Assembly (NCBI GenBank): GCA_037441675.1
Contig: JBBIRS010000003.1
Span: 160,001-224,000, forward strand
Direction: 5' to 3'
Origin: Planctomycetales bacterium
Lineage (GTDB): Bacteria > 4484-113
Length of the DNA stretch: 64,000 nt
Shown here: one piece after another, positions 1-10,145 of the stretch
How the letters are laid out: each line of letters starts with the position of its first letter
Numbering within the stretch: position 1 is the stretch's first letter
Notes under the pieces: model-generated
Told to the model about the DNA's origin: nothing
What the model saw: the letters and a program-made list of their open reading frames with translations, nothing else
Databases searched by the model: none
Position numbers and translations under genes: made by a program

Positions 1-1
1 C

Positions 2-94
2 TCAGGGTTCGTTGGGCTTATGCTAGCTTTTCAGGTTGTGTGGAAGGACCGCTTAACAGGTATCAGAGGGCGCTTGCTTAGGTGGGGTAAGTAA
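2..94 (+). CDS. 3' end of upstream membrane-anchored gene, possibly a NarC-like cytochrome c of the nar operon (partial)
   Basis: Frame 2 reads SGFVGLMLAFQVVWKDRLTGIRGRLLRWGK* (hydrophobic helix then basic tail) and ends 25 nt before narG. The identity is inferred from context only. Confidence 0.4.
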   Translation, partial: SGFVGLMLAFQVVWKDRLTGIRGRLLRWGK

Positions 95-119
95 TTCTTG
101 AAATTTAAGGAGGCTTATC

Positions 120-3100
120 TTGGGTTGGATAAGGGATTTAGTCAGTCCCAAAACGAGAAGTTGGGAAGAGTTCTACAGAAACCGTTGGCAGTATGACAAA
201 ACTGTCAGAAGCACTCACGGAGTCAATTGCACCGGCGGTTGTTCCTGGCTAGTTTATGTGAAGGATGGAATAATCACCTGGGAGCTTCAGGCTACGGATT
301 ACCCAAGTTTGGAGTGTAACCTTCCTCCATATGAGCCTAGAGGTTGTCAGCGTGGCGTTTCATTTTCCTGGTATATCTACAGCCCGATTAGGGTTAAGTA
401 TCCTTACGTGAGGGGAGTGCTACTGGACTTATGGAGAGAAGCTATGGCGACCCATAATGAACCAGTAAGCGCTTGGGCTTCCATTGTTGAAGATAAATCT
501 TTGCGCGCTAGTTATCAGAGAGCAAGAGGTAAAGGTGGATTTAGACGAGCGTCTTGGGATACAGTTCTTGAGATTATCGCGGCGTCTGCAATTTATACTG
601 CAAAAAAATATGGTCCGGATAGAGTTATCGGCTTTTCGCCAATACCTGCAATGTCAATGCTCTCCTATGCGGGTGGTTCACGATTCTTGCAACTTTTTGG
701 TGGGGTCAATCTCAGTTTTTATGACTGGTATAGCGACCTGCCTAACGCTTCCCCTGAAATATGGGGCGAGCAGACCGATGTCTGTGAAAGCGCAGATTGG
801 TACAACAGTAAGTACATAGTCGTGATGGGTTCAAACCTTAATATGACCCGAACTCCGGACGTCCACTTTGTTTCCGAAGCCAAGCACAATGGAACTAAGC
901 TTGTTGTTCTCTCGCCGGACTTTAGCCAGGTTTCAAAGTATTCAGATTGGTGGATACCCGTAAATGCTGGGCAGGATGGCGCCTTTTGGATGGCGGTTAA
1001 CCACGTGATTCTAAAAGAGTTCTACGTGGAGAAGAAGGTCGATTACTTCATCAACTACCTTAAAAACTACACTGATGCGCCATTTTTTGTTGAAATTGTT
1101 GAGAGGGATGGTAAGTTCTATCCGGGAAGACTTGTTCGAGCAAATTGTCTTGATAAATACAAGAATGAAGAGAATGGCGCATGGAAGTTTTTAATTTTTG
1201 ATGAGCTTTCTAAAGAGCCAAGGATGCCGCAGGGAAGCGTTGGCTTTCGCTGGCAGAAGGAAAAGGGTAAGTGGAATCTTTTAATGCAGGATGGAACGGA
1301 TGGGTCACAGCTTGAACCCGCATTGAGCCTGAATGAATATAAGGATGATGTTCTTCCAGTGGTTTTTGAAGAATTTGTTAAGCATAGAAAGATTGAGCGC
1401 GAAGTATGCGTTAAATACATTCAAGCGAATGGCAGGAAGTTGGCTGTTGCGACAATCTTTGATCTATTAATGGGTCAATTTGGTGTAAGTCGCGGACTAG
1501 GTGGAGAATACCCCAAGGGTTACGAGGACGAGGATGCGCCATATACGCCTGCGTGGCAAGAAAAATTCACGGGAATTGGAAGGAAGACCGTGGAGAAATT
1601 TGCACGCGAATGGGCCCACACCGCGGAAGTCACTGAGGGTAGATGCACAGTAATAATAGGCGCTGGTATCAACCATTGGTATCACAATAACTTAATGTAT
1701 CGTTCCGCTATTGTGGCTCTAATGCTTTGCGGATGCGTGGGGAGGAATGGAGGTGGACTTAATCATTACGTTGGGCAGGAGAAACTTGCCCCAGTGGCGT
1801 CATGGTCAACGATTGCCTTTGCTCTTGATTGGGTGAAGCCTCCAAGATTGCAAAATACCCCATCTTTTCATTACGTGCATACAGACCAATGGCGTTATGA
1901 AAAGAGCTTCAGGGAGTATCATCCAGTTCCGGGAGATGGGAAGCTCGCGCGGGGACACACGGTGGACTTGCAGGCGAAGGCTGTTCGTCTGGGGTGGCTT
2001 CCGTTCTTCCCTCAGTTTAATAAAAATTCACTAGAGCTTGTAAAGGAGGCAGAGGCAAGTGGAGCAAAGACCAACGAGGAAATAATCAATTGGCTTACTA
2101 ACCAATTGAAAGAGAAGAAGGTTAGCTACGCGATTGAGGATCCTGATTCTCCTGAGAATTGGCCAAGGCTTTGGATAATCTGGCGCGGGAACGCGCTTAT
2201 GTCCAGCGCCAAGGGGCATGAGTACTTCTTGAAACACTATCTTGGCACTCACACAAACGCAATATCAGATGAAATCGGTAAGGACTCGGTTCAAGAAGTA
2301 AAGTGGCATAAGGAGAGTCCACGCGGGAAGCTTGACCTCGTTGTGGATATTAACTTCCGAATGGATACCTCAGCCCTATATTCTGATATTGTTCTTCCAA
2401 CTGCAACTTGGTATGAGAAGAATGACTTGAATTCAACGGATTTGCATTCATACATTCATCCACTCAGCGCTGCGGTTCCGCCTTGTTGGGAATCAAAGAG
2501 CGACTGGGATATCTTTAAGGCAATTGCAGAGAAGGTAAGCGAACTTGCCAGGGTTCATTTCCCAGAGCCGGTTAAGGATATTGTTGCTCAGCCGTTGATG
2601 CACGATACACCTGATGAGCTAGCGCAAGAGTGTGTCTTGGATTGGTCAAAAGGCGAGTGTGAAATAATTCCAGGAAAAACCACTCAGAGATTTGTCGTAG
2701 TTGAGCGTGGCTACACGAATCTTTACAACAGGTTTATTTCCTTTGGGCCGAATGCTCGCAATGAGGGCATAGGTGCGCATGGGATTAAGTGGCAGATTAG
2801 AGACCTATACGAAAGGCTTGTGGAAAACTCCCACGTTGAACAGTGGAACGGAACCAAGTTTCCATCCTTAAAGGATGAGATTGACGCTGCAAACTTAATC
2901 CTTGAACTGTCTCCAGAAACAAATGGAGAATCCTGCTATCGCGCGTTTAAGGCTGAAGAGGAGAAGGTTGGGCTTCCATTGATTGACCTTGTTCAGGATT
3001 ATCGCTCAGTTCGCATAACCTTCAAGGATATAACTCAACAACCAAGACGATTGCTCACCAGTCCCTGCTGGTCAGGGATTATGAACAATGGTCGTGCCTA

Positions 3101-3737
3101 CTCCCCATACTGTATCAACGTTGAGAAGAAAGTTCCCTGGCGAACCTTAACGGGAAGGCAACACTTTTACCTTGACCACGAAGGCTACATCGCTTTTGGG
3201 GAGCATCTTCCCACATACAAGCCAAAGCCAGATGTCCTTACTTTCGGCGATATAGTCAAATCACAGCAGGGCGAAAAGTGCATCACCCTTAATTACCTTA
3301 CCCCTCACGGAAAATGGCACATTCATTCAACTTACTACGACAATCATAGGATGCTTACTCTATCTCGTGGTATAGAACCATTTTGGATGAACGATGATGA
3401 TGCAAGGGAGATTGGCGTGAATGATAATGACTGGGTTGAGGTCTTCAACGATCACGGGGTAGTGGTAACTCGTGCGGTTGTCAGCGCTCGTGTTCCACGG
3501 GGAGTTTCCATCTTTTATCATTCACCTGAAAGAACCATCTCCATTCCCAAGTCCCCCTTAAGGGGGAATCGCCGCGCAGGTGGGCATAACAGTTTGACCC
3601 GGACCCGACTGAAGCCGGTTCTCCTTATGGGCGGTTACGCGCAATTCACCTTTGCCTTTAATTACTGGGGTCCCACCGGCGTTAACCGAGATACGCACGT
3701 TATTGTCAGAAAGCTTCCAGGAGAACCAAAATGGTAA
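120..3737 (+). CDS. narG: Respiratory nitrate reductase alpha subunit (cytoplasmic NarG/NxrA-type, Mo-bis-PGD)
   Basis: 1205 aa; HGVNCTGGC...GC FS0 motif, [24 protein letters not shown]-terminus; no Tat signal; SD AAGGAGG upstream. Confidence 0.97.
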   Translation: MGWIRDLVSPKTRSWEEFYRNRWQYDKTVRSTHGVNCTGGCSWLVYVKDGIITWELQATDYPSLECNLPPYEPRGCQRGVSFSWYIYSPIRVKYPYVRGVLLDLWREAMATHNEPVSAWASIVEDKSLRASYQRARGKGGFRRASWDTVLEIIAASAIYTAKKYGPDRVIGFSPIPAMSMLSYAGGSRFLQLFGGVNLSFYDWYSDLPNASPEIWGEQTDVCESADWYNSKYIVVMGSNLNMTRTPDVHFVSEAKHNGTKLVVLSPDFSQVSKYSDWWIPVNAGQDGAFWMAVNHVILKEFYVEKKVDYFINYLKNYTDAPFFVEIVERDGKFYPGRLVRANCLDKYKNEENGAWKFLIFDELSKEPRMPQGSVGFRWQKEKGKWNLLMQDGTDGSQLEPALSLNEYKDDVLPVVFEEFVKHRKIEREVCVKYIQANGRKLAVATIFDLLMGQFGVSRGLGGEYPKGYEDEDAPYTPAWQEKFTGIGRKTVEKFAREWAHTAEVTEGRCTVIIGAGINHWYHNNLMYRSAIVALMLCGCVGRNGGGLNHYVGQEKLAPVASWSTIAFALDWVKPPRLQNTPSFHYVHTDQWRYEKSFREYHPVPGDGKLARGHTVDLQAKAVRLGWLPFFPQFNKNSLELVKEAEASGAKTNEEIINWLTNQLKEKKVSYAIEDPDSPENWPRLWIIWRGNALMSSAKGHEYFLKHYLGTHTNAISDEIGKDSVQEVKWHKESPRGKLDLVVDINFRMDTSALYSDIVLPTATWYEKNDLNSTDLHSYIHPLSAAVPPCWESKSDWDIFKAIAEKVSELARVHFPEPVKDIVAQPLMHDTPDELAQECVLDWSKGECEIIPGKTTQRFVVVERGYTNLYNRFISFGPNARNEGIGAHGIKWQIRDLYERLVENSHVEQWNGTKFPSLKDEIDAANLILELSPETNGESCYRAFKAEEEKVGLPLIDLVQDYRSVRITFKDITQQPRRLLTSPCWSGIMNNGRAYSPYCINVEKKVPWRTLTGRQHFYLDHEGYIAFGEHLPTYKPKPDVLTFGDIVKSQQGEKCITLNYLTPHGKWHIHSTYYDNHRMLTLSRGIEPFWMNDDDAREIGVNDNDWVEVFNDHGVVVTRAVVSARVPRGVSIFYHSPERTISIPKSPLRGNRRAGGHNSLTRTRLKPVLLMGGYAQFTFAFNYWGPTGVNRDTHVIVRKLPGEPKW

Positions 3738-3759
3738 CAGTGTCAAGAAGGAGTTTCTT

Positions 3760-5247
3760 ATGGATGTAAGAGCGCAAGTATCAATGGTTTTTCATCTGGA
3801 TAAATGCATAGGGTGTCACACTTGTAGCATTGCGTGCAAGAACATCTGGACGGATAGAAGGGGCACGGAGTATATGTGGTGGAACAACGTGGAGACAAAA
3901 CCCGGAACCGGCTATCCCACTCGCTGGGAAGACCAAGAAAAGTATAAGGGTGGTTGGTATAGAAGAAATGGGGAGGTAAGCTTAAAGCTCCAAAGTAAGC
4001 TGGGAACTTTCGGAAATCTCTTCTTCAATCCATTTTTACCTACAATGGATGATTACTACGAGCCATGGACTTACCGCTATCAGGATCTATTTGATAGCCC
4101 AGCGGAAGATGATCAGCCAACTGCGATACCTATTTCAATGGTTACAGGCGCGCCAATGAATATTGAAGCAGGACCAAATTGGGATGACGATCTTGGTGGT
4201 TCTCCAGTCTATGCGGAAAACGATTACAACCTGAGGAACATCTCAGGGGAAGAAAAGAGACAACTCTTTGAAATTGAGAGAGTAGTTTTCTTTTACCTAC
4301 CACGTATATGCAATCACTGCCTGAACCCAGGGTGCGTTGCTGCCTGCCCGGCGGGCGCAATTTACAAGCGAGGGGAGGATGGGATAGTCTTGCTGAGCCA
4401 AGAGCGTTGCAGAGCATGGAGAATGTGCATATCCGGTTGTCCGTATAAGAAGGTGTATTACAACTGGGCAACGGGCAAGAGCGAAAAGTGCATTCTTTGT
4501 TATCCGAGGCTAGAGAGTGGGCAAGCACCAGCTTGCTTTCACAGTTGTGTCGGCAGAATCCGCTATCTCGGTATTCTCCTTTATGATGCGGAGAAAATAG
4601 TACCTTCCGCCTCAGTTCCCGATGAGGAGCTAGTCTTTGCGCATAGAAACATTATCCTTGATCCGAACGACCCGGCTGTTGTTGCATCTGCTAAGAAAAA
4701 TGGAATTTCTGATGAAATGATTGACTTTGCTAGACGCTCACCTGTCTATAAATTTGCGAAGCAGTTCGAAATTGCTCTACCTCTTCATCCTGAGTTTAGA
4801 ACTCTACCTATGCTTTTTTACATTCCGCCACTTCTGCCAATTACCGCTAATGCAGAGAATGGCACCCTTGATGTTGCGGAAGCATTCTTTAGCTCCCTTG
4901 ACAAAGCCAGGATACCGATGCGATTTATGGCTAGTCTTTTCTCCGCGGGAAATGAAAGCGTAATTAGAAGCGTTTATATGAAGTTAATCGCGGTTAGGAT
5001 TTTCAAGAGAGCGCAAACTGTTGGGGACATTTCGGAGGCGGAAGTGGAAGACGCTCTGTTGAAGGGCAAGACTGACGCTAATGAAGCGGAGGAAATTTTC
5101 CGCTTGACTTCTCTTCCTAGCTTTGAAGACAGATTTGTCATTCCGCCCCTTGCTAGAGAAATGGCAATTGAGGCTTTGGAAGATCCAATGAAACACAAAA
5201 CTGAAGCAGGAGTTGGTTTCAGAATTGGAGGCAAGAGAAGATGGTAG
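3760..5247 (+). CDS. narH: Nitrate reductase beta subunit (Fe-S)
   Basis: CIGCHTCSIAC, CNHCLNPGC, CRAWRMCISGC, CILC motifs; start taken at ATG 3760 after AAGGAG. Confidence 0.97.
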   Translation: MDVRAQVSMVFHLDKCIGCHTCSIACKNIWTDRRGTEYMWWNNVETKPGTGYPTRWEDQEKYKGGWYRRNGEVSLKLQSKLGTFGNLFFNPFLPTMDDYYEPWTYRYQDLFDSPAEDDQPTAIPISMVTGAPMNIEAGPNWDDDLGGSPVYAENDYNLRNISGEEKRQLFEIERVVFFYLPRICNHCLNPGCVAACPAGAIYKRGEDGIVLLSQERCRAWRMCISGCPYKKVYYNWATGKSEKCILCYPRLESGQAPACFHSCVGRIRYLGILLYDAEKIVPSASVPDEELVFAHRNIILDPNDPAVVASAKKNGISDEMIDFARRSPVYKFAKQFEIALPLHPEFRTLPMLFYIPPLLPITANAENGTLDVAEAFFSSLDKARIPMRFMASLFSAGNESVIRSVYMKLIAVRIFKRAQTVGDISEAEVEDALLKGKTDANEAEEIFRLTSLPSFEDRFVIPPLAREMAIEALEDPMKHKTEAGVGFRIGGKRRW

Positions 5248-5824
5248 TTGAATTGAAGCAGGAAAAATCGCATAAGTGTTTGGAGCTCTTTTCACATCTC
5301 CTTGAGTATCCAAATACTTCCACATACTCTGCCTCTATTTCCTCGCAAAAATCTTTCGTTAACATAATACTCAGGCTGGCAGTGAGATTGAAAAGTTCGC
5401 GAGTATTCTTAAAGATATCCCACTTTCAAGGCTTGAGGAGCTTTACACGTCAACTTTTGACCTAGAGCCTAGGTGTTTTCCCTATGTCGGATACTATCTT
5501 TTTGGTGAAAGTTATGAACGGGGAGCTTTCTTGGCTGGACTTCGTCAGGAGTTCAGGCGTGTTGGTTTTAACGAGGGAGATGAACTTCCAGATCACTTGA
5601 GATGTCTGTTGCGTTTTATTGGAAAATGCGATATTGACAGCACTTTGGATGAGCTACTTAGCTACTGTCTCATTCCTGCTCTTAAGAGTATGGCGAGCGC
5701 TTTAGCTAAAACTGAGAATCCATATGCCCTACTTTTAAGCGGTATTCAACATTTTTTAGACGCGGGGAGAATACCTCACCTAGTTGAGACTGAAACAACG
5801 AAAGGAGGTAAAAACGGTGCTTGA
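5241..5824 (+). pseudogene. narJ: Nitrate reductase Moco assembly chaperone, split by a 1-nt deletion near 5361 (possibly a sequencing error)
   Basis: N-terminus LFSHLLEYP is in the 5241 frame; after 5363 the other frame reads LEELYTSTFDLEPRCFPYVGYYLFGESYERGAFLAGL...ELPDHL. Adding one base gives ~194 aa. Confidence 0.9.
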
Positions 5825-6509
5825 TCAAGTGCTTTTCGTTGCCTTTCCTTATGCGGCAATTCTTACTGCGATAATTGTTGGATTATATAGGTACTTTTTC
5901 GACCGATATTCTTATTCAAGTTTTTCCTCGCAGTTTCTGGAGAATAGGGCGCTCTTCTGGGGTTCTGCGGGATGGCACTATGCAATTATTATTATCCTCA
6001 CAGCTCACGTCTTGGCAGCGGTTTTCCCACGCGCTTGGGCGGAACTTCTCTCTGTTCCCATCCGCCTTTACATCCTTGAAATTACGGGACTTGCTCTCGC
6101 ATTTCTTGCATTAACAGGTCTCATTATTCTTCTAATTAGAAGACTCCTCAGCATAAAAATGATTATAACAACAACATTTATGGACTGGATTCTACTTATC
6201 GCGTTACTCTTTCAGGTTTTTGCAGGATTGCATATTTCCCTTGCATATCGCTGGGGTGGCCTTTGGTATCTGAATACTGCGGTTCCCTGGCTCTGGTCGC
6301 TTTTCTCATTTAAGCCTGATATTCAACATGTGGTGACACTTCCATGGCTCGTTAAGTTTCACTTCCTGAATGCCTTTTTTGTAATTGCGCTGTTTCCATT
6401 CACACGCCTAGTTCACGTCTTCACGGTTCCCATTCCCTACCTTTGGCGTCCGTATCAGTTGGTGATTTGGAATAGAAAAGGAGGTGGAGAGTTTGGGCGG
6501 ACTTCCTAA
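5817..6509 (+). CDS. narI: Nitrate reductase gamma subunit (cytochrome b)
   Basis: Five hydrophobic helices, heme-ligand His residues, SSQFLE and FPFTRLVH motifs; GTG 5817 after AAGGAGG. Confidence 0.95.
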   Translation: MLDQVLFVAFPYAAILTAIIVGLYRYFFDRYSYSSFSSQFLENRALFWGSAGWHYAIIIILTAHVLAAVFPRAWAELLSVPIRLYILEITGLALAFLALTGLIILLIRRLLSIKMIITTTFMDWILLIALLFQVFAGLHISLAYRWGGLWYLNTAVPWLWSLFSFKPDIQHVVTLPWLVKFHFLNAFFVIALFPFTRLVHVFTVPIPYLWRPYQLVIWNRKGGGEFGRTS

Positions 6510-7833
6510 GGCGTTGAACATCTCCTCGGTGAAAGCCTTGCAGAGGCAAGCTCTTTTTTCTGCTACGGTTGGCTTCTTCGTTGGATTCGCCGCAGTTGCT
6601 CTTTTCGGTCCCACCGTTCACAAATTCAAAGAGGTTCTAAATCTTACTCCAGTGATGGTTGGTTTTCTAGTTTCAACTCCCGCACTCACAGGTTCACTCC
6701 TTAGAATTCCATTCTCCGCCTGGGCTAATGTTGAAGGTGGAAGAAAGCCCTTTCTCACTTTGCTAACCCTTGCGATTGTTGGTATGCTTGGTCTGACCAT
6801 AGTAATTTTTTTCTTTTATCCTTCTCGGCTGACACCCGAATTTTACTGGTTATTGTTACTGTTGGGGCTTTTCTGCGGTTGTGGGATAGCAACTTTTTCT
6901 GTTGGTATAACTCAAGTGAGCTACTGGTATCCGCAGAAGGCGCAGGGTTCTGCGCTTGGAGCCTATGCTGGTTACGGTAATCTTGCCCCAGGCTTGTTCT
7001 CCCTTATTCTTCCATTTTGTCTCCTTTATTTCGGGCTAGCTCTTTCTTATCTATTTTGGCTCGCAATTCTCTCAATTGGTACAGTAATCTATTTACTTTA
7101 TGCTCGGAACGCGTTGTTCTTCCAACTCAGAGTAGCGGGCGAAAACTATGAGAAAGCCAAGGAGCTTGCGGTTAAGATGGGGCAGGAAATTATCCCATCG
7201 GGAAATCTCATTTCTGCCCTCTCAATCTCCGCTAGAATCTGGAAAAGCTGGGTCTTAGTTTTTATCTACTTTGGAAGTTTTGGTGGTTTTATCGCTCTTA
7301 CCGCGTGGTTTCCGACTTTCTGGAAGAGTTTCTACTCAACCTCAGTATTAACCGCAGGTATCCTTACCGCAATTTACTCAATTCTCACTTCTATCGTTCG
7401 CGTTTATGGTGGTAAACTTTCTGATAGGCTTGGAGGGTTGAAGACAATTTTCTCAGCCCTAATTATCACTTTAATCGGTTCGACTCTTATGAGTTTTTCA
7501 GGAAAATATGCGCTTTCGATCCTATCCGCAATTGTAATGGCAATTGGAATGGGAACGACGAATGCGGCTGTTTTTAAGCTTGTTCCGCAGGAAGTGCCTA
7601 AGGCGGTTGGCGGAGCGGCGGGTTGGGTTGGCGGACTTGGTGCCCTTGGTGGGTTCGCAATTCCGCCGATTCTTGGCGCCTTTGTTCGCATTTACGGAAA
7701 TGAAGGTTACTCCTTCGGCTTTATCACATTCGTAATTCTCGCTCTTCTCTCTCTCTTATCTACTCTGTTGCTCGCGTTTGTTCCTAATCCAAGGTGGGTC
7801 CCAGCGCAACCAGCGGAAGAAGCAGAGATGTGA
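6484..7833 (+). CDS. narK: Nitrate/nitrite MFS transporter
   Basis: 12-TM pattern, GSLLRIP, G-N-A and AAGWVGGLGALGGF nitrate-signature-like motifs, GGKLSDRLGG; true start may be TTG 6493. Confidence 0.9.
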   Translation: MESLGGLPKALNISSVKALQRQALFSATVGFFVGFAAVALFGPTVHKFKEVLNLTPVMVGFLVSTPALTGSLLRIPFSAWANVEGGRKPFLTLLTLAIVGMLGLTIVIFFFYPSRLTPEFYWLLLLLGLFCGCGIATFSVGITQVSYWYPQKAQGSALGAYAGYGNLAPGLFSLILPFCLLYFGLALSYLFWLAILSIGTVIYLLYARNALFFQLRVAGENYEKAKELAVKMGQEIIPSGNLISALSISARIWKSWVLVFIYFGSFGGFIALTAWFPTFWKSFYSTSVLTAGILTAIYSILTSIVRVYGGKLSDRLGGLKTIFSALIITLIGSTLMSFSGKYALSILSAIVMAIGMGTTNAAVFKLVPQEVPKAVGGAAGWVGGLGALGGFAIPPILGAFVRIYGNEGYSFGFITFVILALLSLLSTLLLAFVPNPRWVPAQPAEEAEM

Positions 7834-7917
7834 TTTATGGCGGATAACTATGATAAAGTGAATTAGGTTTGTTCCAAGACGAAAGATTAAATAGATATAA
7901 AGGTACCTTGAAAATTC

Positions 7918-8097
7918 TTCTCCGAGTTTGGTGAGCCTAAGGTGGCGTTGGGAAAGTTCACTAGGGACGCCGAACCGATGAGCCTAAGGGCTCTATCAGC
8001 TCTTTCGCTTTCGTGGCAATGCGGATAAAGGGCGGAGGGGGAAACCTCTCCGCCTCCCGGCTAGTCAGGATTAGCATCCTGACGTTGGAAAGGAGAA
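7918..8097 (+). ncRNA. Moco RNA motif / molybdenum cofactor riboswitch (variant)
   Basis: 5' TTCTCCGAG, CCTAAG element, GCAA-capped hairpin, GGCGGAGGGG-GAAA-CCTCTCCGCC hairpin, CCTCCCG and TTGGAAAGGAG 3' end; lies upstream of moaA; TTCTCC (7918-7923) can pair with GGAGAA (8092-8097), which contains the SD. Confidence 0.88.
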
Positions 8098-8102
8098 TGA
8101 AG

Positions 8103-8246
8103 ATGAAAAAATCTTTTCAAAATTTCTGCGCGTTAAACGGACAACATCCGCTTCTCTTTGTCCAGCAAAATTCACCTGATTCAAGAGAGCGGTTAACAAG
8201 GTCTTCAGCAGTCGGTATTCAACTTCAAAAGGAGGCTCAGCGGTGA
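8103..8246 (+). CDS. Putative 47-aa leader ORF between the riboswitch and moaA
   Basis: ATG 7 nt after the riboswitch GGAG; its TGA overlaps the moaA GTG (GTGA). Confidence 0.35.
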   Translation: MKKSFQNFCALNGQHPLLFVQQNSPDSRERLTRSSAVGIQLQKEAQR

Positions 8247-9229
8247 CAGCCTTGACCGATTCCTTCGGGAGAAGACATACTTACTTGCGTATCTCCGTCA
8301 CTGAGAGGTGCAACCTTAGGTGCGTTTACTGCATGCCGTCAAGAGGGATTAGGCTGAAAGCCAAGAGTGAGCTGTTAACGCTGGAAGAAATTGCCCGACT
8401 TACTGAAATCTTCGCACAACTGGGAGTTGAAAAGGTCAGGCTTACCGGTGGCGAACCACTTGTTAGAAACGGTATTGAGGAACTTGTGGAAAAGATTAAA
8501 GAGATACCTGGCATAAATAATGTCTCTATAACCACAAATGGAGTGCTATTAAAAGAGAAGGCTCATTCTCTTAAATCCGCAGGTCTCACAAGCCTGAATG
8601 TAAGCCTTGACACGCTCCGCCCGGAAAGATTCGAACTTATCGCGCTTAGGGATTACTTCTTCAGAGTGATGGATGGGATTGAATCAGCCCTCTTTGCGGG
8701 CTTTCATCAACTCAAGCTCAACGTTGTCGTTATGGGCGGGATAAATGATGACGAAGTTCTTGATTTTGTAGAATTTGTTGGGGACAAGCCAATAAACGTT
8801 CGTTTCATTGAATATATGCCATTTAAGTTTAATGGCTGGAGCAAGGCAAATTTTGTTCCCGGCGATGAAATTAAGCGAAGAATTTCCGCAGTTTACGATC
8901 TTATCCCCGCTGGCGCGTCGAATAGCCACAGCGTTAGCAAAGATTTTTCAATTTACGGCTTTCTCGGTAGTGTAAGCTTCATAAATTCAATTTCCGAGCC
9001 ATTTTGCGATGGGTGCAACCGTCTAAGGTTAACCGCTGATGGTTTTATTAAGCCTTGCCTTTTTTACCCACTAAAGCTGAATCTCAGGGATTTGATGCGA
9101 TCAAATGCAAGCGATGCGGAGTTGATAAATGTGATACTTCGCGCGCTTTCAATGAAGCCTGAAGGGCATCCTTCAACGGAAGAGATTCTGAATATGGAAA
9201 ATGAATCAATGGTTGAGGTTGGTGGATAG
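8243..9229 (+). CDS. moaA: GTP 3',8-cyclase
   Basis: LRISVTERCNLRCVYC radical SAM motif, FCDGCNRLRLTADG..PC, C-terminal GG. Confidence 0.97.
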   Translation: MTALTDSFGRRHTYLRISVTERCNLRCVYCMPSRGIRLKAKSELLTLEEIARLTEIFAQLGVEKVRLTGGEPLVRNGIEELVEKIKEIPGINNVSITTNGVLLKEKAHSLKSAGLTSLNVSLDTLRPERFELIALRDYFFRVMDGIESALFAGFHQLKLNVVVMGGINDDEVLDFVEFVGDKPINVRFIEYMPFKFNGWSKANFVPGDEIKRRISAVYDLIPAGASNSHSVSKDFSIYGFLGSVSFINSISEPFCDGCNRLRLTADGFIKPCLFYPLKLNLRDLMRSNASDAELINVILRALSMKPEGHPSTEEILNMENESMVEVGG

Positions 9230-9230
9230 T

Positions 9231-10145
9231 ATGCGAGATATATCAAATAAATTCAGGTCTTTGCGAATTGCCAGAGCGAAGGCGGTTTTATTCGCAAGCC
9301 CAAAGACGATTAGCAGGATAAGGCATAGTGATCTTCCCAAGGGAAATGCGCTTGAGGTAGCTAAGGTTGCGGGGATTCAATCCGCCAAGAATACAAGCCT
9401 ACTGATTCCATACTGCCACCAAGTTCCGCTGGACTGGGTTGGTATTGAATTTAACTTTTCGGAAGATTCAATTGAGATAACTTCAACGGTCAAAGCAATT
9501 TATAAAACTGGTGTGGAAATGGAAGCGTTGGTCGCCACTTTAGTTTCCGCACTCACCCTTTACGATATGGCAAAGATGGTGGATGAAACGATGCGAATAT
9601 CTGAGATTACCCTTCTTGAGAAAAAAGGTGGAAAGAGCGACTTTGCCGAGGTGGTTGAGAAACCCCTTCGTTCCGCTGTCCTCGTGATGAGCGATTCAAT
9701 CTTCGCTGGAAAGAAGAGCGATAAGTCGGGTCAGCTGATCGTAGAAAGACTTAAGGAAGAGGGCTTTGAGATAGTTGATTACAAGATTGTTCCTGATGAA
9801 CCAAGTGAGATTAAAGAATCTCTTATTGCTTACACTGATGAAATGAAGCTTAATCTTGTTGTAACTACGGGTGGCACTGGCTTTAGCCCACGGGATTGCA
9901 CACCTGAAGTAATGAAGGAGATTATTGAGCGAGAAGTTCCGGGTATTTCCGAGGCGGTTCGCGCATATGGGCAGGAAAGAACTCCCTATTCAATGCTATC
10001 TAGAGCGAGTGCGGGAATTCGCGGAAGTACGCTCATTATCAACCTTCCCGGTTCAAAGAAGGGCGTGGCGGAATCTTTGGACGCGCTTTTCCCCGCCGTG
10101 ATTCACGCTTTCAAAATGCTAGCAGGAGGCGGTCACCAGGAATGA
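9231..10145 (+). CDS. moaCB: Bifunctional MoaC / MoaB-Mog fusion
   Basis: LIPYCH and TGVEMEAL (MoaC); TTGGTGFSPRD and NLPGS (MoaB/MogA). Confidence 0.93.
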   Translation: MRDISNKFRSLRIARAKAVLFASPKTISRIRHSDLPKGNALEVAKVAGIQSAKNTSLLIPYCHQVPLDWVGIEFNFSEDSIEITSTVKAIYKTGVEMEALVATLVSALTLYDMAKMVDETMRISEITLLEKKGGKSDFAEVVEKPLRSAVLVMSDSIFAGKKSDKSGQLIVERLKEEGFEIVDYKIVPDEPSEIKESLIAYTDEMKLNLVVTTGGTGFSPRDCTPEVMKEIIEREVPGISEAVRAYGQERTPYSMLSRASAGIRGSTLIINLPGSKKGVAESLDALFPAVIHAFKMLAGGGHQE

